From the human T2T-CHM13v2.0 reference genome, Homo sapiens, in the NCBI RefSeq assembly GCF_009914755.1, contig NC_060941.1: DNA of 64,000 bases; one strand, given 5' to 3'. The position numbers and the translations under genes are program-made. The notes beneath the pieces were generated by a model. It worked only from the letters and a program-made list of their open reading frames with translations. It was not told the DNA's origin and did not search any database. Shown in pieces: positions 22,638 to 41,730 of this stretch; the stretch's first letter is position 1, and each line of letters begins with the position of its first letter.

Positions 22638-22718
22638 AGTTGTTATTATCTAAGGACCTGAAATCAATAGAAAGGAATTGTCTGGGTTAAGATAAGGGGT
22701 TGTGGAGACCAAGATTCT
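22638..22718 (-). mobile_element. MER4-type LTR middle fragment (inverted relative to 23327-23623)
   Basis: Reverse complement reads cttggtctccacaaccccttatcttaacccagac...tttctattgatttcaggtccttagataataac. Confidence 0.75.
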
Positions 22719-23108
22719 GAGGTGGGAGGCAGGACTTGACTCCAGAGGTGGGGCTAGGACACTAGACCAGTTGAAGGCTAGCTAAAAACAGGTCGGGGTG
22801 CGGGGTGGGGTGGGGGGCAGAAGCACCTTCTCATAAGACACACCCACCAGTGTGCCAAGTCAGTTGACCATTGCCATGGCAACACCTGGAGGTTACTGCC
22901 CCTTTCCATGGCAACGACCTGACAACTGGGAAGCTATCACCCTCATTCTAGAAATTTCTGCATAACTCCTTTAATTTGCATATAATTAGAAGTGGGTATG
23001 AGTGCAGACCTGCCTCTGAGCTGCTACTCTGGGCACACTGCCTATGCGGTAACCCTGGTCTGCAAGGAGGAGGACCTCCGCTGCTGCTGGTACACTGGTG
23101 CTTCAATA
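22719..23108 (+). mobile_element. MER66-type LTR, truncated at its polyA signal
   Basis: tgaggtgggaggcaggacttgactcc...ccattgccatggcaacacc...cttcaata, then an abrupt join to a partial Alu (23110-23325). Confidence 0.75.
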
Positions 23109-23193
23109 CCAACCTGGCCAACATGGTGAAACCTCGTCTCTACTAAAAGTACAAAAATTAGCCAGGCATGGTGTGTGCCTGTAATCCCAGCTA

Positions 23194-23623
<430 letters not shown>

Positions 23624-23889
23624 AGCCTCCTGTCACTTTCCCTTGAGAAGACGCTGTTTTCGAGAATACTCCCAGTACCTGCCTTTCTTGTGCCAACTAA
23701 GAACACTCCTATTCATCATAACCTGCATTCTCACGGAGGGTCGCTTGTTACTCACCAGGCAAACAAACCCTGGCTTTCCAGGTAACAGTCGGCCCTCTGT
23801 ATCCACAGATTCCACCTCTGCCATTATAGAGGGCTAAGTATATGTAAAACCTGTCATTTAGAGCCATGTGATTTAAAGAAAAATATCTC

Positions 23890-26880
<2,991 letters not shown>

Positions 26881-27005
26881 AATATGCTTCATTTCAGACA
26901 GAATTAACAATCTTATTCTTCTAACATATAGCACTTAGTGAGCCCAATGAATAAACTCTTGAGAGAACCTTAATCAGACTCTGACTAAATACATGTTTTG
27001 GCAGA

Positions 27006-27697
27006 TGTCTTAGTCCATTTTCTGCTGCTATAATGGACTGTCACCAACTTGGTAATTTATAAAGAATAGCAGTGGCTGCTGGGTGCAGTGGCTCATGCCT
27101 GTAATCCCAGCACTTTGGGAGGCCGAGGTGGGTGGATCACGAGGTCAGGAGATCAAGACTATCCTGTCTAACATGGTGAAACCCCATCTCTACTAAAAGT
27201 ACAAAAAATTAGCCGGGCATGGTGGCGGGTGCCTGTAGTCCCAGCTACCGGGAGGCTGAGGCAGGAGAATGGCGTGAACCCAGGAGGTGGAGCTTGCAGT
27301 GAGCCCAGATCATGCCACTGTGCTCCATCCTGGGCAACAGTGCAAGACTCCATCTCAAAATATATAAATAAATTTAATTTAATTTAAAAAGAATAGCAAT
27401 TTATTTGACTCACAGTTCTGGAGGCTAGAAAGCCTAAGAACATGGTGTCAGAATCTGGCAAGGACCTTCTTGCTGCATCAACCCATGGCAGAAGGGCAAG
27501 CAAGCACACAAAACAGAGACAGAAAATGGAGACCTAACTCCCACGACAGCTAAGCCACTCCCATGATAACGTCAATCTATTCACAAGGGCCAAGCCCTCA
27601 TGACCTAATTACCCTTTAAAGGTCCCATCTCTTAATACTATCATGATGGCAATTAAATTTCAATAAGGGTTTTGGAGGAGACATTCAAACCATAGCA
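27006..27697 (-). mobile_element. MST-type (MaLR) solo LTR with internal AluY (27077-27390)
   Basis: tgtcttagtccattttctgctgctataa...gagacattcaaaccatagca; TSD gcaga/gcagg. Confidence 0.85.
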
Positions 27698-28560
27698 GCA
27701 GGTATGAGCAGGTTTAAGTCAGAAGTCCATTGCTAGCTATGACTTACTGACGGGAGCCATTGAAACAGTTAAACACCTAGGAAACTACCTTCTTTTGACT
27801 CTTCAAGACATTTTGTACCAGATTATATTGGATTATACGTAGGGTGGAAGCAGGTTTTCGCATGCCCTCACTTACAGTACATATTTCCTATGTTAGGCTC
27901 TTCTGTGAAAACTTCTTGTTAATTTTTCAAATCTGATACTTACTGAGTACCTCTACATTTTTGCACTTCTCATTTCCAGTAATCCATTTTATCTCTGATT
28001 ATTTCTGTTTGTCTTGGTTACTGCAGTTTTATTGTAACCTTGCAGTCTATTTGATCTTTTCACTAATATTTCCTAGTCTTTTTTACTCATTTTCTATGAA
28101 TTCTAACTCATGCTTCAGCTACTTTGGTACCCCTTTAAATTCTTCAGTTTCTAATGAGCTTTCCAAAATTCCTAAGGATAGCTAAGTAATTAAACGTTGA
28201 AAAAAGTGCCTTTAATTGTTATAAACAATCACTGTTATGTCACCTATTAAATGTAAACATTTCCATAAGTACCAGTGTAGTTTTTTCTTGATCACTGGAG
28301 ACTTGCCCATTTGTGAGCTAGAGTGATCACGTGAAAACCTCAACAACTAAACCATTTCCCATTTTACGATTTTGTTTTTTGTGAAATTTTTTTAAATTAT
28401 TAGATTATAAACTATATCAGACATACCAAAAAGTATAAGCATTTTATATGAAGAAATTTCATAAGAGTAGTCTCTTGTTACTCTTTTTATCATCTTACAC
28501 TGAATGACCTTCTTATTTTTTCTATTTAAAAGGTTTGGGAGCCAAATGCTTTTGTGGGGG

Positions 28561-29000
28561 TATTAAATAAAATGTATCGGAGGCCATTGGTTTTGACTGA
28601 GCTCCTATACTAAGTCCAACAGACCAAACCAAAATGGAGTCACTCATGCTACAGGCCCACATCATCAAGACAAAACTAAGTTGTTTATCTGACCTTCCAA
28701 GAAATCAGGAGAGTGAGACATAATAGCCAAATCCCCAAACAACCCAATTTTAGCTGGTATAATAAGGAAGTCCACTCTGCTTTAATCTTTACGAGGAAAG
28801 TAACTCTGAAACAACCAGTCTACCTTTTATTTTCTATTTCTGCTTTCCTCAGCCATTTTCTGCCTACCACCACCTCTGCTCAGCAACTCAGAGCACTCAT
28901 TCTATTTTGTAGGATGAGGTGTTACCTTACTCTAGAATGGCAAATAAAAACCAATTAAGGTCTCTAAATTTGTTGTAATTTTGTCTTTTGTCTTTTGATG
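28561..29000 (+). mobile_element. ERV1 solo LTR (LTR54-like)
   Basis: ggaggccattggttttgactgagctcc...ccaaaatggagtcactcatgc...aataaaa...ttgtaattttgtcttttg; flanked by gggg. Confidence 0.7.
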
Positions 29001-29929
29001 GGGGTTAGCCACTTTTGTATCCTCTGATAATATTTTATTGTATACAACTTGTACACCTGTACACCATTCTCCTTCATTTGTTTACAAATATGGCAATTTT
29101 TTCTTCATGTCAAAAGTATCTACATCCATTGTAAAAAAAAATTTAGGTAATTTGGATGAACAGAAAAGAAGAAAAATAATATAAAAACCATACAAAATTC
29201 TACCACCTTGAGATGTTTCTTTTTTGTATATTTCCTTTTGTGTAACCAGGGAGGAGGCCTACACTGCTTATTTCTCCTTATAAAGGAATTTCCACTCATA
29301 TAACTCCTGTTGCTAATGCTGCCTTATTTTGTGCCACGTGGCCCCATTCCACAAGTCACACAAATCACACTGACGATGAAAACCCTACCTATATTAGTCA
29401 AGGTTTAGTCAAGAAAACAGACACCACCCTAGACTTTTCAAACCAAATAAAGAGGAACGTTAATAAGGAAATTGGTTACACAGGAAATGGAAAAGCTGAG
29501 AAGCCAAACACAGGATGAGATGATGAGGCCACTGAGAGGTCGGCAACAGCCAAAAGCAACTGCCACCCTGGAACTAAAGGGTCAACGGGATGAGGTAGTT
29601 TCATCAGAGCACAGAAGTTGAGGCCAAACAGAAAGAGCCAGAACTAAGGAGAGGGTATTTCCCCCGCAGGAGCTGGAACCACAGAGAGAGCGTTTGGTTG
29701 GGAGGAATTGGAGACACACAAGAAAAGCTGTCACGGAAAACAGAGAAATAGGGGGCAATATCCTAGGCTTTCCCCTCCTCCCACCCTCCAGTCATCTGCT
29801 ATCATCTTTCTGTGGCCAAACTTACCCAAAAGACTTCAGGCAAAGGAAATGATGGGAGGTGGGGTGGGATGGGAGCAAAGCACAGGCAACTGGCCAACAA
29901 TTGTCTAAGAGTAGCCCCTGAAGTGACTG

Positions 29930-30958
<1,029 letters not shown>

Positions 30959-31267
30959 TGAACTCCTGACCTCGTGATCCACCCGCCTTGGCCTCCCAAA
31001 GTGTTGGGATTACAGGCATGAGCCACTGGGCCCAGACCCTAAGGCTTTTCAAAATAAAAACTCAGGAAAAAAAAAAAAATAGGATGGCCTCTGACCTCCG
31101 ACCACTGACACGAGGTAAAGAGATGAATTAAACCAACTGTTCTTAGGAATTTAAACCTAAACAAAAAGAATTTGCTACTTAGCAATAAAGTTGGAGGTGA
31201 CAGAAAAACATGTGGAGTTCGGCTATAGCAAATTAAAATTACGTACACACCAAAATTATGAGGTGGA

Positions 31268-32745
31268 AGAAAAGATATGGCAAATTGTTTGCAAAAATAG
31301 TTGCCACAGATGCTTCTCATCTAGTAAGCAATTCTCCCATCATGAGATGAAATCTATGTCTCCCTGCGTTCTAGACTGGTCTTGTGACTTACTTTGACCA
31401 ACAGAATGCAGAGGTGACACGGTGCCAGTTCTTGACCACGAAGAGGCTTGACATCTTGCACTTTCCTTCTCTTGGAGCCCTGAGCCACTGCATAAAGAAG
31501 ACCAACTGCCCAGGAAACAACAGATGCTGGAGAGGATGTGGAGAAACAGGAACACTTTTACACTGTTGGTGGGAGTGTAATTAGTTCAATCATTGTGGAA
31601 GACAATGTGGCAATTCCTTAAGGATCCAGAACCAGAAATACCATTTGACTCAGCAATCCCATTACTGGGTATATACCCCAAAGGATTATAAATCATTCTA
31701 CTATAAAGACACATGCACACCTATGTCTATTGCAGCACTAGTCACAATAGTAATGACTTGGAACCAACCCAAATGTCCATCAATGATAGACTGGATAAAG
31801 AAAATGTGGCACATATACACCATGGAATAGTATGCAGCCATAAAAAAGGATGATTTCATGTCCTTTGCAGGGACATGGATGGAGCTAGAAACCATCATTC
31901 TCAGCAAAGTAACACAGGAACAGAAAACCAAACACCGCATGTTCTCACTCATAACGGGGAGCTGAACAATGAGAACACATGGACACAGGGAGGGGAACAT
32001 CACACACTGGGGCCTGTTGGGGGGTGGGGGGCTAGGGGAGGGATAGCATTAGGAGAAATACCTAATGTAGGTGACCGGTTGATGGGTGCAGCAAACCACC
32101 ATGGCACGTGTATACCTATGTAACAAAACTGCACGTTCTGCACATGTACCCCAGAACTTAAAGTATAATAAAAAAATAATAAGAAGAAGACCGACTGCCT
32201 GCTGGAGAGATTGGTCTGGCCAGTCTTTTGCTGTTCTAGACACCTCTGCTGAGCCACACAGGTGAGTGAAACCACCCGGACCCTCCAGCCCCAGGCAAGG
32301 CGGCCCAGCCAACACCACATGAAACAAAACCAAGCTGTTCCTGTCAATCCCTTCCCAAAGTTCAGCATTGTAAACCAACAAATAAGTAGTGGTTGGTTTT
32401 TTTGTTTGTTTGTTTCTGTTTTCTTTTTTGGAGTCTCACTCTGTCGCCCAGGCTGGAGTGCAGTGGCGCGATCTCGGCTCACTTTGCAAGCTCCGCCTCC
32501 CAGGTTCACGCCATTCTCCTGCCTCAGCCTCCCGGTAGCTGGGACTACAGGCGCCTGCCACCACGCCCGGCTAATTTTTTGTATTTTTAGTAGAGACGGG
32601 GTCTCACCGTGTTAGCCAGGATGGTCTCGATCTCCTGACCTCGTGATCCGCCCGCCTCAGCGCCTCCCAAAGTGCTGAGATTACAGGCGTGAGCCACCGC
32701 ACCCGGCCGGTTGTTATTTTAAGACAATACATTTTGGGGAGATTC
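31268..32745 (+). mobile_element. MLT1-type LTR interrupted by an L1PA7-like element and an AluY (32395-32708, minus)
   Basis: tgtgacttactttgaccaacagaatgcagaggtgac... resumes after the L1 and after the Alu. Confidence 0.65.
31511..32183 (+). mobile_element. 5'-truncated L1PA7-like element
   Basis: L1PA 3'UTR; 16-bp TSD aagaagacc(a/g)actgcc at 31495-31510 and 32184-32199. Confidence 0.92.
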
Positions 32746-32751
32746 GTTATA

Positions 32752-33115
32752 CAGACAATCCCCAACCCACGATGGTTCAACTTGGTGTTTTTCAACTTTA
32801 GGATGGTGCAAAAGCAATACACATTCAGCAGAAACTGTACCTCAAATACCCATACAACCATTCTGTTTTTCACTTTCAGCATAATATTCAATAAATTACA
32901 TGAGATAGGCAACACTTTATTATAAAATGGGCTGTGCGTTAGATCATTTTGCCAACTTGAGGCTAATGTAAGTGTTCTGAGCACATTTAAGGTAGGCTAG
33001 GCTAAGCTACCTTAGACTAGGTTAGGTGTATTACATGCATTTTTGACTTAACGATATTTTCAACTTACAATGGGTTTATCAGGATACAGCCCCATCATAA
33101 ACAGAGGAGTGTCTG
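32752..33115 (-). mobile_element. MER47A-like Tigger non-autonomous DNA transposon
   Basis: cagac...gtctg termini flanked by TA; internal match to MER47 as recalled. Confidence 0.85.
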
Positions 33116-33274
33116 TAGAGCTAATAGAGAACAGAGCAGACAGACACACAGAGATGCCTGTAGGAAATGCTAAGTTTTACTATTCCGGTTCCTTCCGTGC
33201 GTAGGCTCAAAACAACTCCTACTCTTTTTGAGATACAGCAAAAAAAGAGCCAGAGAAAAAAAATGTCTCTTCCT

Positions 33275-33355
33275 GGCTGCTCTGCCTATGGAGTAGCCAT
33301 TCTTTTATTCCTTCACTTTCTTAATAAATTTGCTTTCACTTTAAAAAAAATAAAA
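33275..33355 (+). mobile_element. Short polyadenylated MER41 LTR fragment
   Basis: ggctgctctgcctatggagtagccattcttttattccttcactttcttaataaatttgctttcacttta followed by an A-rich tail. Confidence 0.8.
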
Positions 33356-33360
33356 TGTAG

Positions 33361-34074
<714 letters not shown>

Positions 34075-34157
34075 AGCACCTGATTTTTTAAATGGTTTGT
34101 TGTAAAATGCATCATACAAATAGAAGGATGGATAAAATTTGCTCGACAGAAATATTT

Positions 34158-34202
34158 AAAAGTAATGGCAAACGCCACAATTACTTTTGCACCAACCTAA
34201 TA
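34158..34202. mobile_element. MADE1 (Hsmar1 MITE) half
   Basis: aaagtaatggcaaacgccacaattacttttgcaccaacctaa followed by TA. Confidence 0.8.
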
Positions 34203-35039
34203 TAATAATAAGGTAAATAATCATCTACCCAGTTTAAGGTATAAAACATAACCAGTCCTTTAGAAGCCTCTGCTTATCCCTCCCAAATTGTGGTCTCTTC
34301 TCCATCCGCAGTGATAACCACGATGATGACTTATGTTAATCATTCTCCTGTTTCCTTTACAGTTTTCCACCAATATATACATCCCTAAACAACATGACTT
34401 AGTTTTGAAACACTGAGCAGCAAGCACCAATCTAGAAGAATAAGGAAAGGGTGATGTTACCACTGTTTGAGGAAGGCTCAGGAGGAGAAGATAAACTGAA
34501 CAGCCTCTCGGTCATTGTCTGGCTTCAGCTTCCCTAAGCATTTATAAGAGCTTTTTATGGGAAAATCATTGAGTAAGATGATGAGTAACACTGGGAATCA
34601 CTGGGCTCAGCACAGGTGAGACATACGGTAACGCTGGAGAATGGGCCGAGTTTTAGATGTTTGGCCAGGATATAGTCAGAAGGAGATGGCTGTTGTGTAT
34701 ATTCTGCTCATCACGACTTCTCCTCCACTTCCCAGAAGAGGTCAAGGCAGAACATTTCTGGATGACACCCACAGTAGATCAAGCATCAGAGCACTCGAGG
34801 AATGAGCAGGAACTTTATCAGCATGTGGTCAAAATAAAGAAAGTACAAAGGAAAAATCTGGGCCAGACTCTGGGTATTGAGTCCTTGATTTAAAAGTTAG
34901 CATGATGGCAGTGGGGACGGTGGTGATGGAAGCCCTCAGTGTGTCTCTCCCTGGAGTCCTGGTGTCCCACTTCTTCAGGCTGGACTTGTTTCCTTCTGCA
35001 CCTAGTGCATAACTGTCATTCTGGACTCTCCCATCACCC

Positions 35040-36190
<1,151 letters not shown>

Positions 36191-36365
36191 GTATGCTTGT
36201 TTATTCTATGGGGTTGTTTTGTTTTTCTTTACTTTTGTTTTGGGCTTCATAGTCAATGTCTGAAGCAGCATCTGATTCTTCTTTGAAGAACTGCTGCCTC
36301 CCATATTCTCAATCCATGTGAGTGAATGCATCATTTGCTAATTCTTTCAACTTAAATAATAAACT

Positions 36366-36783
36366 TGCTTTAGTTTGGATGTTTGTCTCCTTCAAATCCC
36401 ATATTGAAATTTGATCCCTAATGTTGAAGGTCGGGCCCAGTGGGAGGTATGTGGGTCATGGGGGTGGGTCCCTCATCAATAAATTAGTGCCTTCGCTCAA
36501 GGGTAAGTTCTTCCTCTGTTCATTACCGGGAGAACTGATTGTTAAAAAGAGCCTGGCACCGCCTCCACACCTTACTTCCTCTCTCGCCATGTGATCTCCA
36601 CACACGCTGGCTCCCCTTCACTTTCCACCATTAGTAGAAGCAGCCTGAGGCCCTCACCTGATGCAGATGCCAGTGCCATGCTTCTTGTAAAGCCAAAGAC
36701 CCATAAGCCAAATTGGCCTCTTTTCTTTAGAAATTACCCAGCCTCAGGTATTCCTTTATAGCAATGCTAAATGGACTAAGACA
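36366..36783 (+). mobile_element. MSTB-type solo LTR
   Basis: tgctttagtttggatgtttgtctccttcaaatcccatattgaaatttg...aaattacccagcctcaggtattcctttatagca...ggactaagaca. Confidence 0.88.
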
Positions 36784-36969
36784 ATAATTAACCTGCCTGA
36801 GCTTCAGTTTCTTCATCCATAAAATGAGGATGGACACAGAATCTGTTTCACTAGGATTGCCAAGAGAATTTAGTGAAATAATACAGAGGACACAGATTAT
36901 GTGTTCTTTTCTGGCTTAGGAAGGTTAAATTGCTCAAAGTTACACATCAAATCATGGGACTCAGACTCA

Positions 36970-37410
36970 TAATCTGACACATAATCAATATTCAATAAAT
37001 TTCAGCTATCATTATTATGACATAGTTCAAATGGGACTCACACCTCCTCTCAGTTAAAGAGAGGAGTACATGAGCCAGACCTGGCCAATGAGATTCAGCC
37101 CTAGGATTTTTGCTAGAATGATTTGAAAGGAAATTCTCTTGTCCTGTTAGGTTATCAAGTTGGTAAAGCACAATCCCAGAGCTGCTGGTAGCTCTCTTTA
37201 ACAATGCTTTTAGAGGGTCTATCTGAAAGTAAAGCCAAACCAAGAGACGGAAACAGATTACTGATGATGAGGCTGGATGCAGCCTTACCTGAAGGCACTG
37301 TGGCCCTGGACTTTCCAGTATTATGAATCAATATCTTCCTTTTCTTTCTCTTAAGCCATTTTTAGTTGAGTTTTCATTACTTGCAACAGAAAGAATCCCT
37401 TGTAATACAA
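36970..37410 (+). mobile_element. MLT1-type LTR remnant
   Basis: 3' end aatcaatatcttcc...ttaagccatttttagttgagttttcattacttgcaacagaaagaatcccttgtaataca. Confidence 0.6.
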
Positions 37411-38424
37411 AAAAATACTGTTTTGAAACTGTGTATTTCACTGAATGTAACATTATCATATGTTCATGTTATTAAAATTATTCTTCAACATTATTTTGTG
37501 TCTGGTATTTTATTTTATGAAGTCAGTATTAGTGGACAGATACATTGTTATTAATGTTTCAATATTATAAATAACACTGAAATGAATATCCTCATAGCTA
37601 AATTTTTGTGAATATCATGATTGCTTCCTGAAAATAAATTCCTAGAGGTGGAACTTCTGGATTAAAAGTTGCATGGAATATTAAGAGTTTTGTTATATAT
37701 AGTAAAATTGACCCCTTGAAAGGTGGTACCAATTTGGTTTCACACCAGAAACATATAAGAATGCCTATTTTCTCCATCCATTGCCTATAGTTGGTAGTAT
37801 TTCTCTTAAAATCTCTGCCAAGTTAGTAACCTCTGCACAAAAATGGTACCTCATTTTACTTCATATTTATGTATTGAGTTATCTACCATGCACATATTTT
37901 TCATTAATTTGTGCTAGATTCAGTTGGTTACTGTTTTATTTAGGAATCCTGCATCTATATTCTGAAATTGGTTCTTCTGGTACTCTTATGTGCTCAGGGT
38001 TTTTTCTAGTTTTATACAATAAATTTTAAACACAGAAGTTTGAAGATGGAAAACCTGGGTTCGAGTCTGAATTCCACAATACGATGTGGAAGCTTGGGCA
38101 ATTCAATCTTCCTTACCCTGAAGAAGAATAACGCAATGGCAAGTGAGCCACTAAACCCCCGCAGAACCTGGAAAGGCTCGGCCCTGGGAGGTTCAATGTG
38201 GAAAGGTGAGCCATAGAGCAACAATCAAGGGGGTGCCTAACAGTGTGTCATAGAGGATCAACCACCAAATCCCCTCCTACCCCACACACACAGGTGAAAA
38301 AACTGTTGTGTATACTCACCGTGGTCGTGGTTACATGAATCTATACAGGTGTTAAAATGTGTAGAACTGTATACCAAAAAGCTAATTTTACTGTATGATA
38401 ATTTTAAAATAAAAAAATTTGAAG

Positions 38425-39147
<723 letters not shown>

Positions 39148-40303
39148 AAAGTAACTAATTTTAAAAAGACATTTTTAAACATAAGTGAAAATATAAATGC
39201 ATAATAACTATTAAATAATATCATGGTATTATATATTATGATATGATAAATGATATGGTAGTTATGTATGAAGGCTATGTATTTTTAAAGTCCTTATCAG
39301 TTAGAGACATATACTAAAATATTCAAAGGTGAAATGACATGATGTCTGGGATTTGCTTTTAAATACTCCAGAATATATATATATATAGTAAATATATGGT
39401 GTGTAACAGAATAAGAGTGGGATTTTTGTCTCTTTGTTTACTGCTGTGTCTTCAGTTTCTAGAAGTTTGGGAGTTTGTGGTAGATACTTAGCAAATATTA
39501 GTTGAATGAATTAGTTGAATGAACTCCTCTTATTGCCTGTCTCACAAACTGTGACGGTACATACCTCTACGGATGTCTCTATCTCTTAGCTCAACTATCA
39601 CTCCTGACTTCTCCCATGTACAGTACTGCAACTGCGCATTGATGAATCCATGTCTAAAATCCTGCTCAGATAGAAAGAAAAGTCTTCGCTGGTAAAGTTC
39701 AATAAGCAGAGTCATCACGAGTTTTCCATTTTCTTTTATAGTTTTCACTGTACATATGAGCCCATGGTAATCTGGCCCCTGACTAACTTTCCAATTACAT
39801 ACTCCCACTGTCTCCTTCCATGAAACCTACATCCAAGTCCCACAAAAAACTTAACTGTCCATCACAAGCACCTTGATATATTAAATTTCTCTGCCTTTGT
39901 ACCTGGAGTTCCCTCTGTTTAGGATGCGATTTTCTCTTCATACATCTAGTAGTGAGTTCTGTTCATTCTTCAAAATTCAGTCCAGGAGTGAAATCAGTAA
40001 CATGGCAGAATAGGATGTTCCAGCTCTCATCCCCCCATAGAAACACCAGTTAAGGCAGGCAGTGACAGATGAGAATCATTATGTGGGAGGCCTGGAGTCT
40101 GGCTGAGGTTCCAGCACCCCACTGGAGCAAATCAACCCAAGAGTGGAAGCATCGAAAAGGGTAAGAAGTGCAGTTCCACTTTACCTGCATCAGCCCTCCC
40201 CCAAGGAGGCACAGCTTGTGCTGAGAGAAGCTCCTTTGGCTTTCAATCTCTCCACAGGGGAAGGTAAAAGCATAGTCAACACCTGGCTTCCCCAGACTTG
40301 AAT

Positions 40304-40494
40304 AACATTGCCCAGGAGGCTCACTTCTGTCTCCCTGCCCAGAATACAGATGATCAGCATGAAGAACACTGAATACAGAATACAGATGATGAGCATGAAG
40401 AACACTGAATACAGAATACAGATGATCAGCAAGAAGAACATTGCCCGGGAGGCTCACTTCTGTCTCCCTGCCCAGAATACAGATGATCAGCATG
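40304..40494 (+). repeat. Nested tandem duplication: 58-bp direct repeats enclosing 36-bp units
   Basis: aacattgccc...gatcagcatga at 40304-40362 and 40437-40494; cagaatacagatgatcagcatgaagaacactgaata at 40340 and 40376, partial at 40412. Confidence 0.9.
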
Positions 40495-40884
40495 ACTGAT
40501 CATCTAGGAACAGGGAGAAGGGAATGGACTGCACAGCAACCAGCATGTGGTTTCAACAACCAACCACAGATTCTGCCACTTAGCTCACAGACTCCAGCAG
40601 GAGACTTGCCCACAAATCCCACCAGATGACTCACGTGAGGACCCTCCACCCAACGAGTCTATGCAACCTGCATGCCCCACCCCACCATGTATGGGGCCCA
40701 ACACACCACTGTGCATGGCCCACATTAAATGCTGCAGAGAGAACATGAACATTAACAACAGGCATGGATCTTAGCAGCTGGCTCAACTCTGCTGGACTTA
40801 TGGGAAAACATCAAGCAAACTAATATAAATATTATAGAAATCCCAAAAGGACCAGAGAAAGAGAAAGGGAAAGAAAGCTTATTG

Positions 40885-41730
40885 AAGGACATGAACAGAC
40901 ACTTCTCAAAAGAAGATATTTATGCAGCCAAAAAACACATGAAAAAATGCTCACCATCACTGGCCATCAGAGAAATGCAAATCAAAACCACAATGAGATA
41001 CCATCTCACATCAGTTAGAATGGCAATCATTAAAAAGTCAGGAAACAACAGGTGCTGGAGAGAATGTGGAGAAATAGGAACACTTTTACACTGTTGGTGG
41101 GACTGTAAACTATTTCAACCACTGTGGAAGTCAGTGTGGCGATTCCTCAGGGATCTAGAACTAGAAATACCATTTGACCCAGCCATCCCATTACTGGGTA
41201 TATACCCAAAGGACTATAAATCATGCTGCTATGAAGACACATGCACACGTATGTTTATGGCGGCACTATTCACAATAGCAAAGACTTGGAACCAACCCAA
41301 ATGTCCAACAATGATAGACTGGATTAAGAAAATGGCACATATACACCATGGAATACTATGCAGCCATAAAAAATGATGAGTTCATGTCCTTTGTAGGGAC
41401 ATGGATGAAATTGGAAATCATCATTCTCAGTAAACTATCGCAAGAACAAAAAACCAAACACCGCATATTCTCACTCATAGGTGGGAATTGAACAATGAGA
41501 ACACATGGACACAGGAAGGGGAACATCACACTCTGGGGACTGTTGTGGGTTGGGGGGAGGGGGGAGGGATAGCATTGGGAGATATACCTAATGCTAGATG
41601 ACGAGTTAGTGGGTGCAGCGCACCAGCATGGCACATGTATACATATGTAACTAACCCGCACATTGTGCACATGTACCCTAAAACTTAAAGTATAATAATA
41701 ATAAATAAATAAATAAATAAATAAATAAAA
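40885..41730 (+). mobile_element. 5'-truncated L1PA2/3-type element inside the older L1 ORF1
   Basis: Near-consensus ORF2 end and 3'UTR with (TAAA)n tail; no clear TSD. Confidence 0.92.

Noticed and set aside
40340-40440. 36-bp repeats as a CRISPR-like array
   Set aside because: The units are directly adjacent with no unique spacers, there are no cas genes, and the context is a primate L1.
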